Both the position numbers and the translations under genes were made by a program. A stretch of DNA of 64,000 nt from Amoebophrya sp. A120 (Eukaryota; Protista; Dinoflagellata): positions 3,552,265 to 3,616,264 of the forward strand of contig CAJINV010000007.1 in assembly GCA_905178155.1 (NCBI GenBank), in the 5' to 3' direction. The first letter of the stretch is position 1. Each line of letters starts with the position of its first letter. The notes under the pieces are model-generated. The model did no database searches. It saw nothing but the letters and a program-made list of their open reading frames with translations, and had not been told where the DNA came from. Positions 47,301 to 59,860 of this stretch are shown piece after piece.

Positions 47301-49421
47301 GAACTCTTCAGTGCGATGTTGTTGGGTGGAGCAGAGGCAGACCACGAGCAAGAGGAAGATCAGTCACAGCAGCATAATACAAACGCTGGACAGCCACCGC
47401 AAGAAGTTCATGGTGCGCAAAGAACAGCACCAACTCAGGCGGAAAGCTTACGCATGCAACGGCTTCTCCCTCGCTTACCAGGTGTTGTTGATGTGGGCTC
47501 TTCTGCTGCAGAACTGCCTCAAGCTCGACCCCGGCACCAAACACGACACGACGACCAAGAGCAACAAGATGATGAAGGGGATCACAATGCTTTTCAGAAT
47601 CAGAACGAAGGGGTCTTTATGTACCGGAATCTGATCCTCAATGACCGCCAGCGGGAGGAGCAGGATGTCCGCGAGCTCCTTGCTGAGCAACTGAGTGCGC
47701 AACTGGACGAGTTGCACCTGACAGACGACGAGGAGGAAGATCACGATCCGGCTGATGTTGCCCATCATCTTGATGCGTTCGATGTTTTAACCGACCGAAC
47801 CCGAAATGAAAATGCAGGTAGATCACGTGGTCATCCTCCACCACAAATTCCGCGCACCACTCGCATGACCTCCACGGCGACCGTGCCGCCGTTTCTCACA
47901 ACCGAGGGGAACGGCGTCACTCCGATACCTGGAAGCCAGTTCGTTTTTCGAGGCGGCGGTTTAAATATCTCGAATCCCCGGCGCATTCCTCCAAACCAGG
48001 CTGACCAACGACCCTTCGCGAGCAGAAGCGCTCGCACTCGCAGTCTGCTTCTCCCCTCGCCTCAGGCGTCGTTCTTCTTGTCCGCGCCGATGGTGTCCTT
48101 GGTACTGCGGCGCGTGGTGCTACCGTATTTGGAATTCTTGTCCACTTTCGCGGTCGTGTCTCGGACCGGAAATAACAACTCCACCTCCGCGCAAAAGTTT
48201 CTGCGTGTTGCCGAGCCCCTCAATTCCGACGCTTTGACGGAAAAGGTGAGTGCGATCACGTCGTTTCTAACTTCCTGTCTGCAGTATACGGGGGAGTTGT
48301 ACCAAGAACTTTCCGTCGACGTCATTCGAAGCGAGGAGGAAGCACGGGCGGCAGTGAGGCGACCGTCCGGCATACTAAGGGTGTTCTATTTGAGGAGCTT
48401 TCCCTTTTTGAATACGGATCGAGAGTACGTTCGCTTGTTCCGTGAGGTCGCGACAATTGTACGACATGCAGAAATGCCTGAAGAGACCGATCCCGCACCG
48501 AAACAGCACGGTGCGCCGGATCAAATGAGAGGGACAACAGCAGCAGCCAGTGCCAGTTCATCAAGTGGCGAGGGCGACTCCTTCCCCGCGTACCACACAG
48601 GAGGCACTCAACATAGGGACGACGAAGAGATAAATGCTGAAACGCGTGTGCTGCATGAGCGAGGACGGCCCCAGCAGCACGACCTTGTGCGAAATGAAGA
48701 ACCTCCATTCTCACTTCCGCTGAGACAACGGTTTGGTGCCGGGCGACCAGAACCATTTTCCGTCGGAAGCCCAGAGCGCAGCTGGAGGAACAGCGATTTT
48801 CTACTGGAGCGCCGACGAGTAGTATCGGCGGCGGTTAGTACCGGAACAACGAGAGAAGAACGACCAAGGGCTTCGCCACCTGTTTCTGCATCCCGCCAGA
48901 GCGCGAGCGGCCAAGAACCTGGGGCAGGAACAAACATTGCGGGAGGAGGTACTGCTACTGGAAGCGGTACTACTAGACGCGCCGCACGGATGAGTCCAAC
49001 ATGGGAAAGCACCGGCCCTGAAGAGTTTACTTCCCGAACAGGGCGACGATCTTCAGTTTTCCCATCCTTCATCGCTGGCATATCAGGGTCAAGAAATGCA
49101 GCAGGAGCTGCTGCACCTTCTACTGCGGGTCCAGCACATCAAGCACTTCAAGCTCCAACTGCATCAAGAACGACGACGGTGGTGCAACGGGATTTTGAGA
49201 TTCTCTGTGAGGATATCGTCCGGTCCTTTGTTTTCCTCGGACAAAAATTCCCGCACACCCGCGACATCGTCAACCTACGCATGACGGTGTTGCTCCTGCA
49301 GATTCAAGCGGCTGCACGGGGGGATGATGGAAATCCAGGGAATGAGATCTGGGGCCGGGAGCCCTTTGCGCTGTTTTGCAACGCGGACCAGGTGTTGCAG
49401 GCCACTTTTTTACCGGTGTAA
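44361..49421 (+). CDS. Large hypothetical secreted protein (about 1600 aa), 2 exons
   Basis: Signal-like MLPRASFFSCVWIISSLACLQFIAA; ORFs 44361 and 46905 join in frame after removing 46718-46988. Confidence 0.75.
46718..46988. mobile_element. TIR introner, family A
   Basis: Perfect TIRs TATCAAATGCAAAAATGTCTGGGTCTGGAAGATT; perfect TSD TCCCA; gives FTSQSQQQ. Confidence 0.94.
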
Positions 49422-49998
49422 AAAAGAAGGTAGGCGTTCATTCAGCTACTCGTTCATGTGAGAGGCTGCAAATCGGACGATTGAGATTCATTGTGAAACT
49501 CTGCTACAACAACGTAACAAAGATGAATGGGCAGAGAAGCAAGTGCAAGGAGGATACCATGCCTCGTATCACCGACATAGACGTCGTCGAGGTCGAGGAC
49601 AACACAAACATGATCTATCTCTCACGACATAGAAAAATAAACATGACCTCTTGTGATATTTTGTTACGCCAGTCGCAGTTGTTTTTGGGTTTTGTTCTTC
49701 GTTTTGAATTTGATGAAGATATCGACAAAACGGCAAAACCTGAAGCTGTCGAAATGCTTGCTCAGTTGTTTTCCTTAGTGGTGATAGACCAGAATAAAAG
49801 CGTACAGGAGTGGACTTCTCATCCGCGAAGATTGGCAGGCCTTTATACCTGACCGAATAGCGTAGTTTTTGTTTCTTGCAATACTTTTTCTCCTGGTTTT
49901 TTTAATAAGATGACACAGCTAGTTGTTTCCTTCTCCTTGTTCGAGAATTTCTTTTTCGTCTTGAAACTAAATATAGTCTGACTCAACAAGGACCAACA

Positions 49999-52746
49999 AT
50001 GACGCACCGCACCCTTCGTACTCGTTTCGTTTCGTTCAGGCCGGCAGGACAGCGTCCGATAATTCCCTCCGCCGCCAGTACTGCATGTCTGTGGACAGAT
50101 AGCAGTGATTTTCTTGTAACAGGTCGTGCTTCCTCATCAGTTCGTCGTGGTTGCTCCTTGCAGCGGTCGCGACCAAGAGGATTCTCATCGGCAAGAACCC
50201 AAGCAGCGCCGCTTGCGGGTTCTTCTATTCACGATTCGGTTGTACCTGCGCAGAAGGAGCAACTTCTGTCGCCTACAGCTACCCTCGAGGACCACGAACA
50301 GCCGGCCGGACCGAGGAACCGAACTACTGGCGAGCAAAGTTCTGCTCTAGACACGATTGCCAGCACTGGTGATCAACAAAATGCCCTCGACGAAGATCCG
50401 GAGCGTGCGCCAGCTGCTGGTGCGCAGGAAGCACTAGAAGTCGAGCAGGAGGTGGAAGAGACCACAAGGCCGATCAACTTTTACAATCTACCGAAATACG
50501 GTATATCCGGACCGAAGTCGGTAATCGAAAACTGGCCATTTCTCGTCCGCAAATCATTGAAGCAGGACCTCCAAAGCGCAACCGACGTTACGTTCGTCTT
50601 CGGCCCGCAAGGCAGCGGCGCCCGGTCGGCGATGCGCAACGCGCTCGAGCGGGAGCTGGATTTCGATTTTTACGGATTCTGTAGCGCCGACGAGAATTAT
50701 GCAACGGCAGAAGAAGGAGAACAACAAGATTGGAGAGCGTACAGCTTTCCTTTACTGGTCGAAACTTTTGTCGAAGAGCTGACAGAGACCATCCCGCCCA
50801 TCGGCCCTGCGGGCTGGGAGGAACTCAGAGACGGACCGTTTTTTGAAGAGCTACAGAAGCCGAACCCAGTAACAGAAACAGTCCGACACCGACAAGGTCT
50901 AGGAAGTCGTGGCTCTACTATTCGCACTGGTACTCGTGCTGCTCCCCAGAGCCTGTCGCTTGACCGTCACTGGCTCACCCTTTGTGCGAAAATCGCCCTG
51001 GACGAAGTTTCCCCGGACCAGCACCCAGCCGTTTCTTCGTTGCGTGAAACTAGCGCTCTTACGGACTCAGAGTGGGCGGACTTGCGGCAAAGGCTCGCGA
51101 GTGTCCTGAAGAAATCTCCTCCGGCGCACGAAGAGGGCGCAGCTGGGAAGAAGACCATATCAAAAGGCAAGGAGTGCTGGCAAATTTTCTGTGATGCGGT
51201 GAGGAGTGTCAGTGTGATGTCTCCATCATCATCCGGCGAAATACCTGCTGTTGACGCGTCCTCAACCGCGTTTGACAAGGTCGAATTTCTTGTCGACCTC
51301 TTGACGAAAGATCTTGTTCCAGGGAAAACAAGCAGCAGCGCCAGTAGAAGGTCCGCATCAACAGACCAGAACTCCACGTCACTGCTAGACCAAATCTATC
51401 ACTTTCTGCTCTTTCTCCGACACACGAGGATGCTGCCTTCGGCTCTGCCACGCACTGCCTCCGGAAGTGGAAGTGCTGCTGCACAGGTCGATAGCAATTC
51501 CGAACGGGATCAAGAAAGAGAAAGAGAAGACCACGTGGACGATCTAGGCCAGGAGGCCTATCCCAGTGCCGACGTCCTCGCCTTCGCTAATTGTGGCGCT
51601 TTGCTTCGGAACTTCAACAGTCAGGAAGCTAGTTACCAAGGAAGCAGTAGTATCAACTACGGCGCGAAATTTCTCGGCCTGGTCGAAGCCGTTTTCAGCG
51701 GCCATCCCGTGCTACTGCACATGAATGGCGACGGCATGGCGTTGCTGGAGCAGAACCCGCAAAACCTCATCACGGTGGGCCTGTTGAGCGAAAAGATGGC
51801 GAAGTCCCTGTGCGAACTGGTGCTTGCGAAACATAAAATTTCTTTGGAGTGCAACTTGCTGAAGAATGCAGAGCTGCGGAAACGGTACGAGGTGAAAGCC
51901 AACCCACTGGAGAACCACGTGGACGAGTTTTACCTGAGTTACTGGGACTTCAAAACGGTGTACAAGTTCCTGGGCGGCCACGTGCGGCACTTGAAACTCT
52001 TCTTGCAGGAATTGATCGCCCTGGCCGCGAAAACGGAAAAGCCAACGACCCACGAGGAGCAGGACAAACTCCGCCACGAGTTTCAGTGCCCGAAGAATCT
52101 GACGCACCAGCTCCTGCGGGTGGTGCGCCATGCGGTATTAGCGGGGGACACGTTGCAAACCGAGTACAAAATCCAGTACTTCTTGAACAGCTGCGGACTG
52201 TTGATGCAAGAAGGAGACCAAGATGCGCCGGAACACGAGCAAGACCACTTGGAGCGAAAGAACGCGAGTAGTAGTGGCCTGTGCGACGTTCACGTTGAGG
52301 AACAGAACGAGTCGGAGTCCAGCAGTGAGCTTTCATCTTCGCTGCAGGTACAACAAACACAAGGCCAGGACCAGAAGAAGTCCACAAGTGCATCAGCAGC
52401 ACCAACACCAGATTTCGCTGCTTTCCCGCCGGCCAAGAAGATGCGGATCATGGAGACGGTCCGGCTTCTTATCGATTCCGACGCAAACCAGGGGGAAATT
52501 CTCGTGAACAACAACTTCGATATCACAAACCCAGTTCTGCTGGCCCTTCTCGACGCGCAGCTGCTAATTCCCGACTGGGATCCCGCGAGGTTGCAATTCC
52601 CGAACGAGTACACCAAGCACTGTTTGCGCCTCTGGGTAGACGAGGAATTTTTGAAGTTAGGAAAGTTGGAAAAGCTAAAATACCAAGCAGCGTGCTGGCA
52701 GGAACGAGAAGGGATTAAGCAAAGCGTGAAAAGGATTTCTTGCTGA
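49999..52746 (+). CDS. Putative mitochondrial P-loop/AAA-like protein with degenerate Walker A
   Basis: Arg/Ser-rich transit-like N-terminus; VTFVFGPQGSGARS (Lys absent); late VYKFLGGHVRHL motif; intronless 915 aa. Confidence 0.6.
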   Translation: MTHRTLRTRFVSFRPAGQRPIIPSAASTACLWTDSSDFLVTGRASSSVRRGCSLQRSRPRGFSSARTQAAPLAGSSIHDSVVPAQKEQLLSPTATLEDHEQPAGPRNRTTGEQSSALDTIASTGDQQNALDEDPERAPAAGAQEALEVEQEVEETTRPINFYNLPKYGISGPKSVIENWPFLVRKSLKQDLQSATDVTFVFGPQGSGARSAMRNALERELDFDFYGFCSADENYATAEEGEQQDWRAYSFPLLVETFVEELTETIPPIGPAGWEELRDGPFFEELQKPNPVTETVRHRQGLGSRGSTIRTGTRAAPQSLSLDRHWLTLCAKIALDEVSPDQHPAVSSLRETSALTDSEWADLRQRLASVLKKSPPAHEEGAAGKKTISKGKECWQIFCDAVRSVSVMSPSSSGEIPAVDASSTAFDKVEFLVDLLTKDLVPGKTSSSASRRSASTDQNSTSLLDQIYHFLLFLRHTRMLPSALPRTASGSGSAAAQVDSNSERDQEREREDHVDDLGQEAYPSADVLAFANCGALLRNFNSQEASYQGSSSINYGAKFLGLVEAVFSGHPVLLHMNGDGMALLEQNPQNLITVGLLSEKMAKSLCELVLAKHKISLECNLLKNAELRKRYEVKANPLENHVDEFYLSYWDFKTVYKFLGGHVRHLKLFLQELIALAAKTEKPTTHEEQDKLRHEFQCPKNLTHQLLRVVRHAVLAGDTLQTEYKIQYFLNSCGLLMQEGDQDAPEHEQDHLERKNASSSGLCDVHVEEQNESESSSELSSSLQVQQTQGQDQKKSTSASAAPTPDFAAFPPAKKMRIMETVRLLIDSDANQGEILVNNNFDITNPVLLALLDAQLLIPDWDPARLQFPNEYTKHCLRLWVDEEFLKLGKLEKLKYQAACWQEREGIKQSVKRISC

Positions 52747-53657
52747 TCGAAATAAATGGGTTGTCTCTTTATGACACTGGTGACAGTGTGGTCGACATGG
52801 AAAGTGGTAAATTTATTTATCGACGTGTGGACGATGCATCTGATGTGATAGACTCAGACTTCACATCACGACTAAGAAATATTTTGAAGCATAGAAATGC
52901 CCTCTGCGTGCTTCTTGCACGATGGGCAAAAAGAACAAGCGGAAGCAGAAACTCAACGAAAAAAAGTAGTGTTGCGCTCCCTGCACTACAGCTACACCAA
53001 GGGCCCGACCTATTCAGCAGGTCATCGGATGATCTAGTTTGTTATGTGGCGTGGCCTTCATCTTCAAGATGAAGGAAAGTCGAATCCACATTTTTGATTG
53101 ATTATCAACAGCATGGCCATTGTACAACTGCTTTAGACAACAAAGGATCAAACTGCAGCAGATACGATCAACAACAGCTCAACCTCGATCAGGATTTTCG
53201 CTTAACTATCAAGATCGCTGCAAGACGATTTAGAAGTGACCCATCAGATCGTCGAACTTTTCTAGAGGACGACTATTTTGTGCGCTCATTCATTCTTTGC
53301 AAGCAAGTATGCTTCTTTGAGTCACCCGAAACCTCTACGACGTCCACCAATGGAATTGCAAGTAGTGTACTAGCCCTGAATGGTACACATGCGCCCTTTC
53401 TACCTATCCTCGATGTTGTAGACCGCATGTGTGTTTTTATCGTTATCCAGGTGATTACGCTAGTATTTCGTTTGCTGCATTGGCCTTCTCTAAAACTTGT
53501 CTCCTTCTCCACAATAGCGGCCTTTAGGTTTGCTTCCTTTTACTACGAAGACAGAAAATAATTGTTTTGAAAAGTAATTTCATTCGTATCTATAGGTTTT
53601 TTTTACAACGTATCGCTATCTTTATCGAAAAAATTGACTTGTGTCCACTGCTCAAAA

Positions 53658-56600
53658 ATGGAAGGGACCTCAAACCTCGACCTCCAGGAGGTTATGTCCG
53701 GATTCGGAATGTCAAAGCCGCGTCCCACTTTACTTTTTGCTTTCCTTGTCGTCGGCGGCTTCATTTGTCAGACGGAAGTCGCGGCGCATCGAGTTGCGAC
53801 GAGTGCTGCTTCCTCATCGTCTCAGAATGATGGAAGCACTCGACGAAGATTTCTCGCGCCGCAGGATAATGAAGAAGAACTGACCACGAGAGCTGGTGGT
53901 GCAGCAGCATCTGCAATGCAAGTGGATGTTGAGGAAGGTGAACATGTCTCGCCTGAGCACGACCAAGAAGGAGTCGGACCAATTTTCGGCCCACGACCCG
54001 AGCAGCTTGGAGCGAACTTGTTTGATGGGGCTCGTAGCGGACCCGGACCAGGCACTTCGAGCGCACGACCAGTGCCCGTCCTGCGAGACCACGAAGGCAG
54101 AGGCACTTTACTTGCAGATGACATCGAGATCGACGACGCGCATATCATGGCTCCTTTTGCGGACGAGGTAGCGGACGCAGAGCGATTCATCCGGCAATCG
54201 GTAGATGGTGGGGCCGGTCGTGATGTAGATGCGGCCCCCGAAGATGATCGGGGTGCAGTTGTGCTTCATGGCGAAGAAGATATAGAAGATGTTGGCGGGG
54301 AGCACCAGCAGGCCGCCACGGCGCATGATAGTGATACGGAACAAGCACCCCACCCAGACCAAGATGAGGCAGAGGCAAACGCAGATTCGGACTCAAACGA
54401 GACGTCAGAGGACGAAAATGACGCGCTGCGGCCAGAACGCAGGCCTAAGCCCAGCAGCTGTTCCCGTATTACATCTCTCGCTGTGAAGTCCTGCGCTCTC
54501 TTCTTCGGCGTGGTTCCTCCTTTCTTCTGCCTTACGACTCTCCGGCCTCATGCGCGGGTGATAGAAGCCCGAACCAAAGCCTGGAACAACTTTGCTGCGA
54601 CACAAGAAGACAAGTTTGAGACGGACGCATGGTATCGGAACCAACGAGCCACCCGACACCTTGTTGACTTGCCGCCGACGCCTTTCCGGGTGCGAGGCCA
54701 TGAGCACGATGTATGGGCGTTGATTGCTTGGCACCAGCAAAAAGAGCGCGTTTCCCCTTTGCCGACCCCCCACAACAATGTCGGCGAAATAACCTTTTCC
54801 CTTGCCGGCTCTGGGTATATGCACTGCAAAAGTTGTCATGTTATCGTGGTCGCTAGTAAAATTCGCAAGATGAATCAGCTGCACAATAATCTGATATACG
54901 AAAATATTTATTTTGAAGATGGAGATGCAGAAAATGAAAAAAAGGCACATTTGAATTTGTCATGCCAGACCCAGCAATTGAAATTTTTCGAATTACTGCG
55001 AGACGAGCGATATTACTTTTGCACAGAATGACGTCCGAAAAGTTGCAACTGATGTTGTTTCGTTTTGCGGACACGGTGCTCAAAGACGACGGAATCGCGT
55101 CGTTGTACGTGTTGCGAAATACTCAGCTGGAGATGCGGTCGGTGCTGCAGTCCTGCATTGACATTACACATGTGGAGTACAAAAGGCAAAACGCAGCGAA
55201 TTACCCAGACGAACAAATCTACCAAGACACTTACAATACCGCGCTGGAAAAAATGCAAGCTTGCGGAATTGCGATACTGAATGTCATCGATGCTGTAGGG
55301 TTGCGAATGCTCCAGTCAAGAGAGGAAGTAGTCCACGCCGCCGGAGGCGGGGATGGAAAAATTAAAAGCACTAGTGAACGACGACAAGAACTGAAGTCCA
55401 AGAAGCAGCTTTTCACTTTGCTAACGCTCAGTCTGGCGCTCTCGGAACTGGACGCGCTGGAATTCCCGGCCTCACCGCCGAAAAATCAATACGTCTTATC
55501 TGGAGCGCATGGGCAAACATATGCAAGATGATTTTATTACAACCGCCGCACACGTACAAAACCTCCATGCATACAGAAATTTTCGACCTCGAACTCTGTT
55601 TTTGAATAAAATACGGCGTTTCAATCATCGTCTAGGTCTACTTGTTATGCTGAATAGCAAACAAAAATAGTCCTGTTAGGCAGATCGATGAGGTGCCACT
55701 TGGAACAAGTCAAGTTGTACGTGTGCGGTGAAAGTTTCACTGTGGATGCAGCGTCCTGGCTGGAAGAAAGCTTTTTCGGTGCTCCAAACCCTGACCGTGT
55801 GAAGGAACAAGAGGAGGAACTTGAGCGAAGACGGGACATAGAAGCACTACACGATGTTGAGGAGCAACAAGAAACCGCCACCGCGCAGCAGCATGCTGAA
55901 CTACCAGGCACCACAGATACTGATATTACAAAAACCAAGCTCACGACGAGTTCGAAGAGGAAGTTCAAGCTGCCGAGCAGGCTAGAGCGATGGACTGGCA
56001 GCGACATGCTTGTCTGGCTGTTGAGGAGCAACGACCTCACTATGCTACACCTGTACTCGGCCTTAGAAAATCTGCAGCACAAGTTTGTCGAGTACTTTCG
56101 ATACGTACGGGACGAGGTAAGTGCCGTTGATCCACCTCGACGGTCGGCATTGTCCGCGGATGGGGCCAGTGGAGGAGATGGAGACCACGACGAATATTGC
56201 CGGCAACAAGATCATACCGAGGTAGATGCTGATGGCGTGGTCACCGTCAGAACTGGGGTGCGGAATCCGATAGCGTGTCGCTTTTCCCGCTTCGCTCGGT
56301 CGTCCGGGTTGTTCCTGACTACAACTGGGGGTTCTAGTGCAACAGATATGCTGTCGTCGACATGGGGATCCTTTGCTCTTTCATGGAAGAATCTGAATGG
56401 CGCCTGGCAGTCAATGAAAGAGGAGGCTCGGAGGGAGTTGCTCCAGCACACCCTTGGAATGGGAAGCCGTGTGGCGTCAGTACGGAATCTTTTGCAAAGA
56501 CGCATATCGGAAAAGGCGTTCCTGGAAGACGCATCAACTGTCTCCGTCGATGCCTCGTCGGCAACCGCGACCGCGACGTCAGCTGGCGATGGAAGTAGTT

Positions 56601-59600
56601 CATCTTCCCGCCCCGCGAATGAAGATGTGCTGATCAAACGGCCAGAAGTAGACGAAAACAAACTCACGCAAACCCACTGGACCAGTGGAATGAAGATCTC
56701 TCCACGCAATCCTGACGACCTCTTTGCCATGGAGCTGGAAAATGAGGAACAAGATGATGGTCCTGCTCCTCATTACAAGAAGGCTTTCGACCTGCTCCGC
56801 TTTACCAAAAACGAGCTGCAGCCCCGCCTTAACCGGTTTTTCCGGTTCAGCAAACATGACCAGGTTGTTAGAAACGGCGAAGCGAAATTGACGCAAGAGC
56901 AAAAGGACCACTACTTCCGGAGGATCCGCGCCGCGCTCGGAGGAGACGAGGAAAAGGCCCTGCGCCTATACAAGACAGTGGAAGAGTGGGCCGAGGCGAG
57001 AAACCTTTCCGGGAAGGACGAGCTCGCAGCTTTGCGAAAGGAGGGGGTGTATGCAAAAGATCTGCTATTCCTCAACCGTATCCTGCTTGCCAATATCAAA
57101 TGCAAAAGTGTCTGGGTCTGGAAGAATGCAACTTGTGATGCTGCATTTGCGTGTCTAAAAAGTTTGTGTTGCATGAGCAGCATAAGGAGTCTAATTTTTG
57201 CCACGCGGAGAGGGCATTTGTCATGCGGAATAGGCATCAAGAATCCCTCAAAAAAGAAAAACCTGTGATGCTAGGGCATGCATCACAGTCAGACGTCATG
57301 GCTCATGCAAACCGTGCATGACAAGTCTCAGAATCTTCCAGACCCAGACATTTTTGCATTTGATAGCCAACCCGGACGAGTGGGAGGCACAGTTCACTTG
57401 CGAGGCGACGATGGACCGGTGGTGGGCCGCGGGAGTGGAGAAATCAAAAAGTGCTTCTTCTTCACGAGTAGAAGAGGACAAGGAGGACACGACCGAGGGC
57501 GAGCTTCTCGACGTAGTGCACAAATTGGAGCGTCTTTATCTGCTGTCACCTTCCTCATCTGCTGGTACCGACATCACTGGCAGGAGCGCCGTCGGAAGCA
57601 GCAGCACTGGTCGTGCCCCCCGCGGCGCGCCGACATCAGCACAAGAGCGACGTAGTGCTGATGTGGCAGCAGATGATTTTGATTCAGAAGCACGTCGGAC
57701 ACAAAAAGAACAAGAAGTGCCTGCTGTTCGTGTTCTTTCATCGTTGCTGGAAGAAGATGTTGAAGATGCTACAGCTCATCGTCCCGAGAGAAAAGCCGCG
57801 CTGCTCGTACGGAACTTGCTCCAAAAATCTACTCGGTCTCGTCCGACGGGGGCCGATGCTGAGCGACAAAGGATTCATCTCCCGGGTGGAGGATCGCAGC
57901 AAATTATAAGCGATCCGAGTATTGCAACAAGAACAACGCTGACCACACCTTCATCCTCAGCGGGAACTTTTGCTTTGAACAAGAAGAGCACTTCGGACCT
58001 CCAGTACGAGGAGATGGTCCGTATTGGAAAGGACTACGTAAACGCAAACCTCAACGGGCATCACAACAGGTGGTCCGAGGCCTTGCGATTCGCCTGGCTA
58101 ATCCAGCAGGGAGGTGCAGTGATTGACGTTGATCTCCTACGATTTCTGTCCTGGTTGGAGGACCTCATTCGTTTGATAAACAGAGATACAAAACAGAAGG
58201 ACGGACGAGTAACAGACCGAGAAAAAGTTTTCAAGGTTTTCGAGGAGTTTGAGGAGGAGCAGTGCCAGGCGAACTTGGTGGAGCTAGGAAAAGCATTGGC
58301 TTCTCAGGCGGAGAAATTTCTTCAGGATAGTTTACGCATTTTTGCAAAAGTCCCTCGCCCGGATGAACAATTGTGTTTGTTGAGGCACGGAAATACCGAA
58401 TGTGCATATACTTCTAGCACACACATAATCATGCCCGACTGGTTTTGCAGATAAAATAAAACAAGAAGATGAGATCTGCGTTTGTCAACATTTTGTACCA
58501 GCACAAACCCAATGGGTATGATCGGGCGATTGCGATGCTTTTGCACGGGATAGGAGTCAGAAGATACCGACTTGCTGTCGTCTACGTGTGCGGCCGCGGA
58601 CGCAGAGTTTGGTGACCAGCCAGAGCAGGACCCCAGTGCCGGCGCAGCAGCATCATCAAGCGGGCAAAGATCAACAAGATGCGAAAGGGACGCAGGAACA
58701 ACTACACTTGAGCAGGACTTGCTGATGATTTCAGAAGAAGGCCAAAATCCGTGGCTTCCATTGTTGGACTTGGCAGCTAGAGCACGTGCCGCTGCCATGC
58801 TGGGAAAAACAAAGACGCGCGTCGGCGTCGATCTTCAGCATGAAGACAGAAAAGCACAGGAGAAACAAAAAAAAGGAGACCTACTCCGAAGAGGACGAGA
58901 TCGAGATGATGGAATATTAAAAGTAGCACGTGCACCAGAACCACTCCAGTCAAACGCAAAGCACGAGTTTCTGAAGCGTTTCGTGGAAAGGTTGAACTCC
59001 CTTAACTCCGAGGTGATCTCAGCAATAATTGGAAAAGGACACGAAGAGGTGGTGTTCGGCGCACAGAAGCACACCCACGCCGCGGACCATTTGCTCACGC
59101 AAAGCAAAAGCTTTGCCGCGCTCTCAGGCGACGAAGTTTCTACTTCCGGGACCATCACCAGCTCCTGGGCCCACAGTCCCCCGAAGGTCGTCAAAGAGGT
59201 AATCTTACCACTACAATTGCGGCTGTGGACCATCCTCAGGGACGCGCTGGACAACTGGGAGAGTGAGTTTCTGCAGGAGGAGTGGAAACAATTCGTAAAC
59301 CAGGTTGCATACCCATTGGAACAAAAAAATAGTAGTACCGGGCGCGGCTGCGAAGGCTTACTACAATTTTTATGGGATCACATTGGCATGACAAGATGAC
59401 TCCTTTCCTACCTTATGCAACAACAACATCAAAGGATTGTCCATCTTTTAGCTATGCTGAAATTTGAATTTGTAGTGTTGCAACATGTTGTAGTACCTGT
59501 ACTGGTTTGTACGGGTAGTGCGCCACCCGGTATTTTTAACACTTGCTTTTTATGTTGCATACTGCTAGACCGCTCTTGGTGTCCTTCGCCGCACAGGACC

Positions 59601-59860
59601 AGACCGCGAGAAGATTTCGCCTGCTCGAAGACGCGCGGGAGGTTAAGGTGGAGGAGTCTCGACGTTCGTCGAATGGGAATAATGCTAACGCAGCTGCCCA
59701 CGAGGCCGAGCAACAGGAACAACAATCTGATGAGGATTCTGACAACTACACAAGCCTGCAGCAAGTGACCAACTACAAAACCGCCAGCGTAGCGGACTTC
59801 TGGCTGGCACCCTGGGCGACCGGCGCAGACGTTGGCGCTGCGGTTGCGCAAATGCAGTAA
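53658..59860 (+). CDS. Large hypothetical secreted/membrane protein, 6 exons
   Basis: Signal-like PTLLFAFLVVGGFICQTEVAA; six ORFs join in frame after removing 54818-55030, 55520-55656, 57094-57365, 58333-58552 and 59310-59561; the start may be 53658 or a downstream ATG. Confidence 0.72.
54818..55030. mobile_element. Degenerate TIR introner, family B
   Basis: TATGCACTGCAAAAGT ... ACTTTTGCACAGAATG; the 5-nt overlap restores the frame. Confidence 0.72.
55520..55656. mobile_element. TA..TA intron with 7-bp direct repeat
   Basis: GCAAACA|TATGCAAGATGA ... TTATGCTGAATA|GCAAACA; removal gives HGQTKIVLLG. Confidence 0.7.
57094..57365. mobile_element. TIR introner, family A
   Basis: Family A TIRs; perfect TSD GCCAA; gives ILLANPDEWE. 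Confidence 0.94.
58333..58552. mobile_element. Degenerate TIR introner (B-like)
   Basis: TACGCATTTTTGCAAAAG ... CTTTTGCACGGGATA; frame restored; TSD eroded. Confidence 0.7.
59310..59561. mobile_element. Degenerate TIR introner
   Basis: TACCCATTGG..TACCGGG ... CCCGGTA..GTTGCATA; TSD TTGCA/CTGCT; gives NQVARPLLVSF. Confidence 0.62.

Noticed and set aside
19575-57655. Recurrent peptides in the ORF track (IKCKNVWVWK, FQTQTFLHLI, LPDPDIFAFD, SNAKMSGSG, LQKYRTRT, HCKSI)
   Set aside because: They are translations of family A and B TIRs in different frames, not a protein domain or transposase.
59304-59562. 9-bp direct repeat GTTGCATAC as the TSD of the intron
   Set aside because: Collapsing it shifts the frame, whereas the 5-nt overlap TTGCA/CTGCT restores it.
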